A stretch of DNA of 64,000 bases from contig JAZJZK010000007.1 in assembly GCA_040389905.1 (NCBI GenBank), forward strand, positions 1-64,000, in the 5' to 3' direction. Shown in pieces: positions 9,439-18,349 of this stretch. The stretch's first letter is position 1. Every line of letters starts with the position of its first letter. Under the pieces are notes generated by a model. The model was given only the letters and a program-made list of their open reading frames with translations, had not been told where the DNA came from and ran no database searches. The translations under genes were made by a program, and so were the position numbers. The stretch comes from Gemmatimonadota bacterium. GTDB taxonomy: Bacteria > Gemmatimonadota > Gemmatimonadetes > Gemmatimonadales > Gemmatimonadaceae.

Positions 9439-10511
9439 GCGCGCACGAGATTGATGCGCTTGAGTAACGGAAGGGAAACCACGCATCCATCCCCGATGCG
9501 ATGCCAGATCCAGTCGTGCACCAGCACTGCAGGCGCGGGCGGATGACTGTAGAAACGCGCGCGATCGCCGGAGAACGCGAGCGGCACGATCACAAGGTCA
9601 GCGCCGTCACAGAGCTGTGGCGAGTAGGCAGCCTGGATCCAGGTGACCTCGCCCTCGATGAACGGGCGCGCACAGCGGATACTCTCCGCGGACATGTCGA
9701 TGACCGAGAGCTGTGCCGCTGGAAGCAGGCGACGCAGGACGAGTGCAGTTCTGGGGAAGAGTCCGCCGCCGACGATCGCCACCGACCTGACCGGCGGCAG
9801 TGCCGCGATGAGCGGAGCAAAGGCGCGAGCATGCCGGTCGACGACGAAACGCTGCAACAGCGTAGAACGGAGTACGAGTCGCTCGAGGGTGTTGAGGTGT
9901 ACGACTTCCAACCAACGCAACACCGCAGGCCACGCACTCTGCTGCGCGCGCGCGTTCGCAGTGTGCGGCAGCACGGTCCAGTGCAAACCGGGTCGCGCGT
10001 GATGCTCGACGTGGTAGCCGTCGTTGAAGAACGCGAAGTTATAGAGCGAACCGTAGTGGCTCACCGTTCCGCGCACGTGCTCGTAGTGGCCTTGAAGCCA
10101 GCAGAGCACCATCGCCGTAAGCCAGCCGATTCCGAACGGCACGAACTTGTCCGGCGTCGCAATGGCGAGCGCAAGCCAGGCCGTGATGACCAACGCGAGT
10201 TCCGCCGAGAGCTGCGCGCTCCAGCGCACCTGGCAGGGACGGTCAGCGTGGTGCGCAATGTGGCGATCTCGCCAGAGCGTCTGCGGAACCCCGAGCAGAA
10301 GACTGAGATACGCGGAGAAAACGAGGTTCAACCGCCGATCGCGGAAGAAGGGCAGGTGGATGAAGTTGTGTGAAACCGTATTGGCGATCCACCAGATCCC
10401 AACGGCAACCAGCAAGGGCGAGAACGCCGTCACGAGAAGAACGGCGTATGCTCCCGCGAGCACGATCAACAAGGCATCGCGGGAGGAGTGCCGCAGCACG
10501 GCGACGGACAC
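9435..10511 (-). CDS. Membrane fatty-acid-desaturase-like protein fused to a C-terminal Rossmann/SAM-methyltransferase-like domain
   Basis: Three His boxes SHNFIH, RHIAHH, YHVEHH; C-terminal SVAIVGGGLFPRT...LSVIDMS; GTG start 1 nt after the upstream stop. Confidence 0.75.
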   Translation of the reverse strand: MSVAVLRHSSRDALLIVLAGAYAVLLVTAFSPLLVAVGIWWIANTVSHNFIHLPFFRDRRLNLVFSAYLSLLLGVPQTLWRDRHIAHHADRPCQVRWSAQLSAELALVITAWLALAIATPDKFVPFGIGWLTAMVLCWLQGHYEHVRGTVSHYGSLYNFAFFNDGYHVEHHARPGLHWTVLPHTANARAQQSAWPAVLRWLEVVHLNTLERLVLRSTLLQRFVVDRHARAFAPLIAALPPVRSVAIVGGGLFPRTALVLRRLLPAAQLSVIDMSAESIRCARPFIEGEVTWIQAAYSPQLCDGADLVIVPLAFSGDRARFYSHPPAPAVLVHDWIWHRIGDGCVVSLPLLKRINLVRA

Positions 10512-10512
10512 G

Positions 10513-11250
10513 CTACTTGGCCACGCGAATGGAGCTCTCGACCGGTTGCCCGGTCCAATTTCCTGACCTGGCGACCACGCGCCAGATGTAGTCCTCGCCC
10601 GGGCGGAGCGCGAGCTTCGGCGTCCAGCTGGTCTCGTCCTTACCGGCGGGCAGCGGCTCGCTGGTTTCATGCTGTCCCTTGCCGTCCAGCGAGAAGACGT
10701 AGCGCACGAGCGTGTCTTTCACGTTGCGGACGACGAAGCGGACCGGTCCCGATTTCACCGTCGATCCGTCCAGCGGCGAGAGGGGAAGGGGGATGCTGGC
10801 GAGGTCGCGTTGGATGGACGAGGCGAGCGGATTATTCGTCGTCTTCCTCACACCGAAGCCAATCGGATAGGGTTCCGGCGCGGTGAGCGGTTCGGAGGCA
10901 GACCGTACTCGGCCGGTTGGCGTATATCGCTGGCCGAATCCCACAACCTGGCCGCTACCCGCCACACTCTGGAAATCGTTCCATTCGGCGCGGCTGACCC
11001 TTGGATCGCTCGCGGCCTTGAAGAACATGTATCCTCGCTGGACGGGCTTGTAGCTGTCGCCACCCATGCCCGTGGAGAGCGCGAACACGCCCCAGATCTG
11101 GACGGTTTCTTCGTTGGCGCTGACGACAACCTTGTCGATGAGCGCATAGATGCCCACCGGATCGCTCAGGCGCGAAGGAGTTGCGGCAACGGCAACGGCA
11201 CTGACGATAGAGAGTAGAGCGACCTGCCGAACGAATCGAAGCGCACGCAT
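10513..11250 (-). CDS. Exported hypothetical protein with a beta-rich (FN3/Ig-like) C-terminal domain
   Basis: Signal peptide MRALRFVRQVALLSIVSAVAVA; C-terminal LSPLDGSTV...YIWRVVAR. Confidence 0.65.
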   Translation of the reverse strand: MRALRFVRQVALLSIVSAVAVAATPSRLSDPVGIYALIDKVVVSANEETVQIWGVFALSTGMGGDSYKPVQRGYMFFKAASDPRVSRAEWNDFQSVAGSGQVVGFGQRYTPTGRVRSASEPLTAPEPYPIGFGVRKTTNNPLASSIQRDLASIPLPLSPLDGSTVKSGPVRFVVRNVKDTLVRYVFSLDGKGQHETSEPLPAGKDETSWTPKLALRPGEDYIWRVVARSGNWTGQPVESSIRVAK

Positions 11251-11333
11251 GGTGGTCTCGGGCGGTTGAAGGAGTGGTGGTAAGATGCCGATGACCGGGA
11301 GAGTGTTTATCGATCCGAGGATACTCTTGCGCG

Positions 11334-11363
11334 GTGCAGGCCCTTCGCTGCGCTCAGGGCGAC
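11334..11363. repeat. CGTC/TGTC-type palindromic (REP-like) repeat
   Basis: Reverse complement GTCGCCCTGAGCGCAGCGAAGGGCCTGCAC; related copies at 16288, 25828, 31957, 50449, 57227 and 63066. Confidence 0.75.
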
Positions 11364-11480
11364 CCACGAACGGAAGCGGCAGAACACGCGCGGCGTAAGA
11401 TGTGTGGTCGCAACGTGTTGCGTGCGGCGGACGGAGCACGCCCACAGAAAGGTCGAGCAGCGCAGTGGTCGCGAGCGGAA

Positions 11481-11509
11481 TTGCTCAACGGAGCGTGCAT
11501 CCATAGCGT
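11481..11509 (+). promoter_or_regulatory. Putative sigma70-type promoter for the M14 peptidase
   Basis: TTGCTC-N17-TAGCGT, ~85 nt upstream of the ATG. Confidence 0.4.
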
Positions 11510-11594
11510 TGAATAGTCGAGGACAGCTGGCCTACCCTCACCAAGCGGCGTCGCCCACACGGACGCTGTCGACCAAGCATCCCACGGAGAGAGA

Positions 11595-14483
11595 ATGCGG
11601 GGACCCACCACGAGAAGCGCACTCGCGATCGCAGTCGCCGGCGCGTTGATGTTCAGTACGGCGGCCGTCGCGCAGACGATCACGTCGCCAAAGCAGCAAT
11701 TCGGCTTCAATATCGGCGACGACTACAAGCTCGCCAACTACACGCAGTTCGAGACGTACGTCCGGAAGCTTGCGAAGGAATCCAACCGGATGAAGCTCGT
11801 GGACATGGGCAAGACGGCGGAGGGTCGCACGCAACTCATGGCGATCATTTCGTCGCCCGCCAATCTCGCGAAGCTCGATCGATACAAGGAGATCTCCCGC
11901 AAGCTCGCGTTCGCCGAGGGCCTCACCGACGACGAGGCGAAAGCGTTGGCGCACGAGGGCAAGGCGATCGTCTGGATCGACGGTGGCTTGCATGCCACCG
12001 AGGTGCTTGGCGCCGCGCAGCTCATCGAGACGATCTACCAGCTCGTGAGCAAGAACGACGCGGAGACGCAGCGCTTCCTGAACGATTGCATCATCTTGGC
12101 GGCGCACGCCAATCCGGACGGAATGGAGCTCGTCTCGAACTGGTACATGAAGGACGCGGATACGCTGAAACGGAGCATGAATATTCCGCGACTGTATCAG
12201 AAGTACATCGGGCACGACGACAATCGCGATTTCTACATCTCCAATCAGCCGGAGACGCAGAACGTCAACCACCAGTTGTACTGGGAATGGTTCCCGCAGA
12301 TCGTCTACAACCATCACCAGACTGGTCCTGCCGGCACGGTGATGTTCGCGCCACCGTTCCGCGACCCGTTCAATTTCAACTTCGATCCGATCGTGCCGAT
12401 GGAACTCGACATGGTCGCGTCGTCGATGCACACGCGCTTCGAGGCCGAAGGCAAGCCTGGCGTGACGATGCGCACCGGTTCGTCCTACTCGACGTGGTGG
12501 AACGGCGGCCTTCGCACGACGGTGTATTTCCACAACATGATCGGACTGCTCACGGAGACAATCGGCAATCCGACGCCGACGACGATTCCGTTCATTCCCG
12601 AGCAGCAACTGCCGCGCGCCGACTTGCCATATCCGATCGCACCGCAGCGCTGGCACTTCCGGCAGTCGATCGAGTATTCGTTGACGGCCAACCGCGCGGT
12701 GCTCGACATCGCGTCCAAGCAGCGCGAGATGCTGCTGTACAACTTCTACCGGATGGGAAAGAATTCGATCGACCGTGGGAATCGCGACTCGTGGACCGCG
12801 AGCCCCAGCCGGATCGATGCCGTGAAGAAGAAGATTGACGCAGACGTCGCGCTCGCGGGTGGCGGTGCGGGCGGTGGCCGCGGCGGCCGTGGTGGTCGTG
12901 GTGGCGGTGGCGGCGCCGCAGGTGGCGCCGACGCAGCGGCGGGTGGGCCGGTCGGTGATCCGATCTTCCAGTTCGGCCGCGGCGCCGACCCGAAGTACTT
13001 CACCGACGTGCTTCATGCACCGGAGCTTCGCGATCCGCGCGGCTACATCCTGCCGAGCGACCAGCCTGACTTCCCGACGGCGACGAAGTTCATCAATGCG
13101 CTTCGCCATGTCGGCGTGATCGTGCATCGCGCCACGGCGCCGTTCACGGTGAAAGGGAAGCAGTATCCCGCGGGATCGTACGTGGTGAAGTCCAATCAGG
13201 CGTTCCGCCCGCACGTGCTCGACATGTTCGAGCCACAGGATCACCCGAACGATTTTGCGTACCCGGGTGGCCCGCCGAAGCGTCCATATGACAACGCTGG
13301 CTACACGCTGGCGTTCCAGATGGGTGTGAAATTCGATCGCATCCTCGATGGCTTCGACGGTCCGTTCGAGGCGATCAAGGGACTCGCCACGCCGATGGCG
13401 GGAACCGTCGCCGGAGCAGCGACGCCGGCTGGCTATCTGGTGAGCCGTTCGGTGAATGACGCCTTCATCGCGATCAACCGCGCGTTCAAGGCCAAGGCGG
13501 ATGTATTTACGCTTCGCACACCGATGACGGCCAGCGGGAAGACGTATCCCGCCGGCACGTTCTACATCGCCGCGACCCCCGCGTCGACATCGATGCTGAA
13601 AGATCTGGCGAAGTCGAACGGCGTCTCGGCGGTTGCGGTCACGTCGGCGCCGACGGATGCGCGGAAGCTTCACTCCATGCGCGTGGCGCTGTACGACGTC
13701 TACGGTGGCTCCATGCCGTCCGGCCACACGCGGTGGCTGCTCGAGCAGTTCGAGATTCCCTTCGACGTGGTCTATCCGGCGACGCTGGATGCGGGGAACC
13801 TGGCGAGCAAGTATGACGTGATTGTCCTGCCCTCTGGTGCTGTGCCGCGTGAAGGCCAAGGCGGCCGTGGTGGTGGCGGTGGTGGTGGTGGTGGCGGCGG
13901 TGCGGATTCGTCGAGCATTCCTGCGGAGTTCCGCGATCGGCTCGGGCGCTTTACACCGGCGCGCACGCTTCCGCAGTTGAAGCAATTCGTCGAGGCCGGG
14001 GGTACGCTCATCGCGGTGGGAACGTCATCGAACATCGGCTCGCAGCTCGGGTTGCCGATGACCAGTGCGCTGACGGAGAAGACAGCCGCCGGAGCGGAGC
14101 GCGATCTGCCGGGTGACAAGTACTACGTCCCGGGCTCTGTGTTGCGTGTGCAGGTCGACACCACTATGGCCATTTCGCAGGGACTGCCGCGGGATCTGGA
14201 CGTCTTCTTCGACAACAGCCCAGCGTTCAGGCTCGGCAGCGATGCCGCGGCCAAGGGGCTCAAGCCACTCGCGTGGTTCCCCAATGCGACACCGCTGCGA
14301 AGCGGATGGGCTTGGGGGCAGGCGTATCTCGATGGTGCGGTTGAAGCGGTCGAGGCGTCGATGGGCAAGGGCAAGCTGTACATGTTCGCCCCGGAGATCA
14401 CCTTCCGCGGCCAGCCACATGGCACGTTCAAGTGGCTGTTCAACGGGATCTACTCGGCGCCGGATCCTGCACCAGTTCCTTGA
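11595..14483 (+). CDS. Secreted M14-family zinc carboxypeptidase with C-terminal GATase-like domain and Gly-rich inserts
   Basis: Signal peptide; IDGGLHATE (HxxE), ANPDG, DDNRD, YNHHQ. Confidence 0.85.
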   Translation: MRGPTTRSALAIAVAGALMFSTAAVAQTITSPKQQFGFNIGDDYKLANYTQFETYVRKLAKESNRMKLVDMGKTAEGRTQLMAIISSPANLAKLDRYKEISRKLAFAEGLTDDEAKALAHEGKAIVWIDGGLHATEVLGAAQLIETIYQLVSKNDAETQRFLNDCIILAAHANPDGMELVSNWYMKDADTLKRSMNIPRLYQKYIGHDDNRDFYISNQPETQNVNHQLYWEWFPQIVYNHHQTGPAGTVMFAPPFRDPFNFNFDPIVPMELDMVASSMHTRFEAEGKPGVTMRTGSSYSTWWNGGLRTTVYFHNMIGLLTETIGNPTPTTIPFIPEQQLPRADLPYPIAPQRWHFRQSIEYSLTANRAVLDIASKQREMLLYNFYRMGKNSIDRGNRDSWTASPSRIDAVKKKIDADVALAGGGAGGGRGGRGGRGGGGGAAGGADAAAGGPVGDPIFQFGRGADPKYFTDVLHAPELRDPRGYILPSDQPDFPTATKFINALRHVGVIVHRATAPFTVKGKQYPAGSYVVKSNQAFRPHVLDMFEPQDHPNDFAYPGGPPKRPYDNAGYTLAFQMGVKFDRILDGFDGPFEAIKGLATPMAGTVAGAATPAGYLVSRSVNDAFIAINRAFKAKADVFTLRTPMTASGKTYPAGTFYIAATPASTSMLKDLAKSNGVSAVAVTSAPTDARKLHSMRVALYDVYGGSMPSGHTRWLLEQFEIPFDVVYPATLDAGNLASKYDVIVLPSGAVPREGQGGRGGGGGGGGGGGADSSSIPAEFRDRLGRFTPARTLPQLKQFVEAGGTLIAVGTSSNIGSQLGLPMTSALTEKTAAGAERDLPGDKYYVPGSVLRVQVDTTMAISQGLPRDLDVFFDNSPAFRLGSDAAAKGLKPLAWFPNATPLRSGWAWGQAYLDGAVEAVEASMGKGKLYMFAPEITFRGQPHGTFKWLFNGIYSAPDPAPVP

Positions 14484-14559
14484 TTGATCGGATACTGCGG
14501 AACTGCCACTGCATTCGGAACGGATTTGACGGATAACAGCTGATTCTTCGGATTCGTTC
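14482..14559. repeat. Degenerate repeat starting GATTGATCGGATAC with CGGATTTGACGGATAAC core
   Basis: Shares motifs with 47293-47491 and 60018-60100. Confidence 0.5.
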
Positions 14560-14564
14560 ATAGA

Positions 14565-14600
14565 AAGGGCTGGCCTCGTACTCGGAGGCCAGCCCTTCCT
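14565..14600. terminator. Probable bidirectional terminator hairpin between convergent genes
   Basis: 13-bp stem AAGGGCTGGCCTC / GAGGCCAGCCCTT. Confidence 0.7.
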
Positions 14601-14615
14601 TAGACGACAAATTGT

Positions 14616-14716
14616 AACAGCAACAGCAATTGACCACAGAGGACACAGAGGACACAGAGGAGAGCGTAAACGACGTGCAGTCCTCTGTGTCCTCTGTGGT
14701 TAAAGTTGTTCTTGTT
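14616..14716. repeat. 9-bp tandem repeat (ACAGAGGAC) in inverted, hairpin-forming arrangement
   Basis: ttgaccacagaggacacagaggacacagagg ... gtcctctgtgtcctctgtggttaa. Confidence 0.8.
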
Positions 14717-16237
14717 TTAGCAGATCGCCGCCTCGACGATCTCCTGCGCGCGCTTCGACGCCGCGCGGAGACGCACCGCGCATTCACTCGCTCGGCGCGC
14801 AAGATCGTCGCCACGTGACTTGTCGGACATTGCGGAGATGTTGATCCGCACGTTGAACACGGCGCCGATGCCGCCGGCTTCTGCCATCAGCGCCGCGACG
14901 CCCGCATCGCTCACGGCATTCGTGTTTCCCTTGCTCGCGAGATCTGCCGCAAGCTCGGCGACCTCGGCACAGGCAATTGCCGTTTCCAACGGCACCTCCG
15001 CTGCGTGGACGAGCGCTTCGTCGATCGTGCGTGTTTTTTCCGCCTTCTGCTCGTCGCCGTCAGCGGGAAGCTTGTACGCGGCCGAGACAATGGCATAGGC
15101 CGCCGCGTCGCGGGAGACGAGTTCGCTCAGTGTGTTGCCCAGTGCCGCCGCACGAACCGCGGCTTCGCGCATTTCTGCGTCGACGGCGGCGTATTTCTTC
15201 CGGCCCATCGTAAGGCCCGCCATCATCTGAGCCAGTGCGGCACCGAGCGCGCCGGCGTGCGCCGCGACGCTTCCGCCGCCTGGCGTCGGACTCGCCGAGG
15301 CGACCGACGCCACGAATCCGCTCAATGATTCGCCGCCGGAAATCGCCGTGCGAACTTTTCGTTCGACCACCATGTCCGGGGTGAAATTCCGCAGGCGAAT
15401 GTGCCGCGCCGCCGCCTCGAAGAGTGCGCGCTCGGGCACCAGGCCCACGAGCTCGCTCCAGGTAGGCGTCACGCCACGCGCCTCGGCTTCCATCTTCACC
15501 ATGTCGTACGCCTGATGCAGTGGCGTCTTCTCGGTGTCCACGAGATTCATCGAGACCTGCGCCTGTCCGTCCACCTCGAACGCAAGGCCTTTGACGTACT
15601 TCAATCCGCCGACGGAACCCCGCACCGACTTCGCGACTTCCTTCGCGATGGACATGTTCGAGGCGGGTCCAAGATAGACGTTGTAGGCCACGAGGAACGG
15701 GCGCGCGCCAATGGCGACCGCGCCGGCCGTCGGATGAACGACGGACGGCCCGAAGTCAGGTGTGCGTTGCGGTGTCGTGCCGATGTCGTCGCGCCGGCCT
15801 TCGAACTCGCCGCGCCTGACGTCGGCGAGATTCTCACGATCGGGACGCGTCGCGGCGCGCTCGTAGAGAAACACGGGAATCGCGAGCTCACGCCCCACGC
15901 GCTCGCCAAGTTGCCGAGCGAGCGCGATGCAGTCCTCCATCGTGGAGCCGTCGAGTGGAATGAACGGCACCACGTCGGCCGCGCCCATTCGCGGGTGTTC
16001 GCCGCTGTGTGTGGTCAGGTCGATCCAGCGCTGTGCCTCGCGGATGCCGGCAAATGCAGCGTCCACGGCAGCGTCGATCTGCGCGACAAAGGTAATGACG
16101 CAGCGGTTGTGACTCGCGTCCGCACTCGTGTCCAGCACGTGCGCGCCAGCGACGGCGGCGATCGCGTCACGAATTGCGGCGATCACTTCAGGACGGCGGC
16201 CTTCAGAAAAGTTCGGAACGCACTCGATGAGCTTCAT
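14717..16237 (-). CDS. ftcD: Bifunctional glutamate formimidoyltransferase / formimidoyl-THF cyclodeaminase
   Basis: MKLIECVPNFSEGR, HPRMGAADVVPF, IGARPFLVAYNV; C-terminal PTPGGGSVAA...GNTNAVSDAGVA. Confidence 0.93.
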   Translation of the reverse strand: MKLIECVPNFSEGRRPEVIAAIRDAIAAVAGAHVLDTSADASHNRCVITFVAQIDAAVDAAFAGIREAQRWIDLTTHSGEHPRMGAADVVPFIPLDGSTMEDCIALARQLGERVGRELAIPVFLYERAATRPDRENLADVRRGEFEGRRDDIGTTPQRTPDFGPSVVHPTAGAVAIGARPFLVAYNVYLGPASNMSIAKEVAKSVRGSVGGLKYVKGLAFEVDGQAQVSMNLVDTEKTPLHQAYDMVKMEAEARGVTPTWSELVGLVPERALFEAAARHIRLRNFTPDMVVERKVRTAISGGESLSGFVASVASASPTPGGGSVAAHAGALGAALAQMMAGLTMGRKKYAAVDAEMREAAVRAAALGNTLSELVSRDAAAYAIVSAAYKLPADGDEQKAEKTRTIDEALVHAAEVPLETAIACAEVAELAADLASKGNTNAVSDAGVAALMAEAGGIGAVFNVRINISAMSDKSRGDDLARRASECAVRLRAASKRAQEIVEAAIC

Positions 16238-16287
16238 TGCGGGGGACAGGGGACAGGGACAAGGTCAGGAGCTAAGGCAAGGAGCTA

Positions 16288-16320
16288 GGTGCGGGCACTT
16301 CGCTAAGGCTCAGGGCGACA
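16288..16320. repeat. CGTC/TGTC-type REP-like repeat preceded by short GGGACA(G) tandem units
   Basis: ggtgcgggcacttcgctaaggctcagggcgaca aligns with the copy at 11334-11363. Confidence 0.6.
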
Positions 16321-16358
16321 AAACGAGCGGAACGACGCAGAACGGAAGCATATCGGCG

Positions 16359-17216
16359 TCACCCATTCAGCGTTTTCAGCAGCCACGCATGCATCGCCGT
16401 GCCGCCGGCGAGGATTGACGTTGCCGCAATCGGGATCGGGTTTCCCTCAATCGTCGTCACAACGCCACCGGCCTCGTGCACGAGCAGCACGCCTGCCGCG
16501 AGGTCCCACGGCGACAACCGGAGTTCGAAGAACGCGTCGTAGCGCCCGCAGGCAACGTCGGCGAGGTCGAGGGCCGCGGCACCGTTGCGGCGGATGCCAG
16601 ACGTCGCGCGCATGATGGCTGGAAGCAGTGGCACGTACCGATCGATGTGTTCGTCGTTGGAGAACGGGAAACCGGTGGCGATGAGGGCCCGCGCCGGCTC
16701 CGTCGTCGTGCTCACGCGCATCGGCTCACCGGCGCGACGCGCACCCCCACCGACCGTTGCCGTGAACAGCTCGCCGCTGTGTGCATTGATGATTGCGCCC
16801 GCCACCGGGACGCCGTCGACCAGCGCGGCAACGGATACCGCGTACCACGGCACGCCATGCAGAAAGTTGGTCGTTCCGTCGAGCGGGTCGGCGACAAAGA
16901 CCAACCCGCGGGTCGCGTCCGCGTCGGGCGTGCCCTCCTCGGCGAGTAGCGACGCGTCGGGATGCCGGCCGGCAACAACCTCGGCAAGTGCCGACTCGCT
17001 CGCGCGATCGATTTCACTCACGAAATCGAATGCGCCCTTGGATTCCCAGGTGAGCGTCGCACGCCGCGCGGCACCTTCGCGCACGACTTCCGCGCAGCGA
17101 ACCACCGCCGAGACGCACGTCGCGAGCAAGGCGCGCCGATCGGCGTGCGTGGTATTCGTCTGTTGTTGTTCAGCCTTCTCACCCTGCATTGCTTGCCTCG
17201 CGTCAGACGCGCTCAT
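16359..17216 (-). CDS. suhB: Inositol monophosphatase family protein (SuhB-like); start uncertain (17216 or 17189)
   Basis: AEEG, DPLDGTTNF, RRNGAAALDL, PWDLAAG. Confidence 0.88.
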   Translation of the reverse strand: MSASDARQAMQGEKAEQQQTNTTHADRRALLATCVSAVVRCAEVVREGAARRATLTWESKGAFDFVSEIDRASESALAEVVAGRHPDASLLAEEGTPDADATRGLVFVADPLDGTTNFLHGVPWYAVSVAALVDGVPVAGAIINAHSGELFTATVGGGARRAGEPMRVSTTTEPARALIATGFPFSNDEHIDRYVPLLPAIMRATSGIRRNGAAALDLADVACGRYDAFFELRLSPWDLAAGVLLVHEAGGVVTTIEGNPIPIAATSILAGGTAMHAWLLKTLNG

Positions 17217-17228
17217 TACGTTCTCGGG

Positions 17229-18209
17229 ATGGCACGCATCTTCAGTGGGATTCAGCCGTCCGGGGAGCTCCACATTGGGAACTACCTTGGCGCGGTCAAG
17301 AACTGGGTCGCCCTGCAGGGAACGGCGGAATCGCTCTTCTGCATCGTCGACCTTCACGCAATCGTCGTCGCATACGACCCGGCCCAGCTTCGCCTGCGCC
17401 GGCGCGAGATGGCGCTTGGTCTGCTCGCCGCCGGACTCGACCCGGACCGCTGCCATGTCTTCGTGCAGTCGGACGTGCCGGAACATACTGAGCTTGCGTG
17501 GTTCTTCAACACCGTCACGCCGCTGGGCGAGCTCGAACGACAGACGCAATTCAAGGATAAGTCGGCCAAGCAAGAGAGCGTGAGCGCAGGATTGCTCAAC
17601 TATCCCATCCTCCAGGCTGCCGACATCCTGCTGTATCGCGCGGACACGGTGCCGGTGGGAGAGGATCAGGTCCAGCATCTGGAGCTTTCGCGCGTCATCG
17701 CGCGCCGGTGGAATGCGCAGTTCGCGCCCGACGCCGGTTTCTTCCCGGAGCCCCAGCCGATCCTGACGCCGACACGCCGCATCATGGGACTCGATGGGCA
17801 GGCCAAGATGTCGAAGTCGATGGGAAATACCATCGGCCTGTTGGAGTCGAAGGACGACATCTGGGCCAAGCTTCGCCCCGCCGTCACGGATCCGGCACGC
17901 ATCCGGAAGACCGACCCCGGCACGCCGGAAGTCTGCAACATTTACCATCTGCACAAGGCGTTCAGCACACCGGAAACGGTTGAGCACGTCGCAACGCAAT
18001 GCAGTTCGGCCGGATGGGGATGTATTGACTGCAAGAAAGTGCTCGCGGAGTCCATGGAGTTGGAACTCGTTCCCATCCGGCGACGCGCCGAGGCACTTCG
18101 TGAAGACCCTTCGCGCGTTGATGATGCCTTGAGCTCGGCGGCGGCGAAGTGTCGCGTGCTCGCCGGCGAAACCATGCGCGCGGTGCGTGATCAGATGGGG
18201 TTCGATTGA
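17229..18209 (+). CDS. trpS: Tryptophan--tRNA ligase
   Basis: FSGIQPSGELHIGNYLGA, YPILQAADIL, VPVGEDQ, KMSKS. Confidence 0.98.
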   Translation: MARIFSGIQPSGELHIGNYLGAVKNWVALQGTAESLFCIVDLHAIVVAYDPAQLRLRRREMALGLLAAGLDPDRCHVFVQSDVPEHTELAWFFNTVTPLGELERQTQFKDKSAKQESVSAGLLNYPILQAADILLYRADTVPVGEDQVQHLELSRVIARRWNAQFAPDAGFFPEPQPILTPTRRIMGLDGQAKMSKSMGNTIGLLESKDDIWAKLRPAVTDPARIRKTDPGTPEVCNIYHLHKAFSTPETVEHVATQCSSAGWGCIDCKKVLAESMELELVPIRRRAEALREDPSRVDDALSSAAAKCRVLAGETMRAVRDQMGFD

Positions 18210-18210
18210 C

Positions 18211-18348
18211 GTGACGTTTGTCGAGGCGTTCGGTCGAATATTCCTCGTTTCGAATCGGTGGGGTCTGGGCGCTGCGCCAATGATCGTGGCGCTGCTGGTA
18301 CCGCTGATATTGGCAATGTTCATCGACCGACGGATGCAGAGGCCGTAG
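18211..18348 (+). CDS. Putative 45-aa small membrane protein (below the ORF-track cut-off)
   Basis: GTG..TAG; MTFVEAFGRIFLVSNRWGLGAAPMIVALLVPLILAMFIDRRMQRP; fills the spacer exactly with a 1-nt gap on each side. Confidence 0.6.
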   Translation: MTFVEAFGRIFLVSNRWGLGAAPMIVALLVPLILAMFIDRRMQRP

Positions 18349-18349
18349 C

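Noticed and set aside
11538..13985. 815-aa minus-strand ORF
   Set aside because: Antisense shadow of the M14 peptidase; Arg/His-rich with no motifs, typical of high-GC codon bias.
14630..14703. CRISPR-like appearance of short repeats (also 1317-1355, 4537-4615, 24124-24434)
   Set aside because: Units are 6-9 bp and contiguous, with no unique spacers and no cas genes.
17217..18323. Long N-terminal extension making a 654-aa suhB
   Set aside because: It is the antisense of trpS; IMPase motifs are confined to the last ~270 aa.
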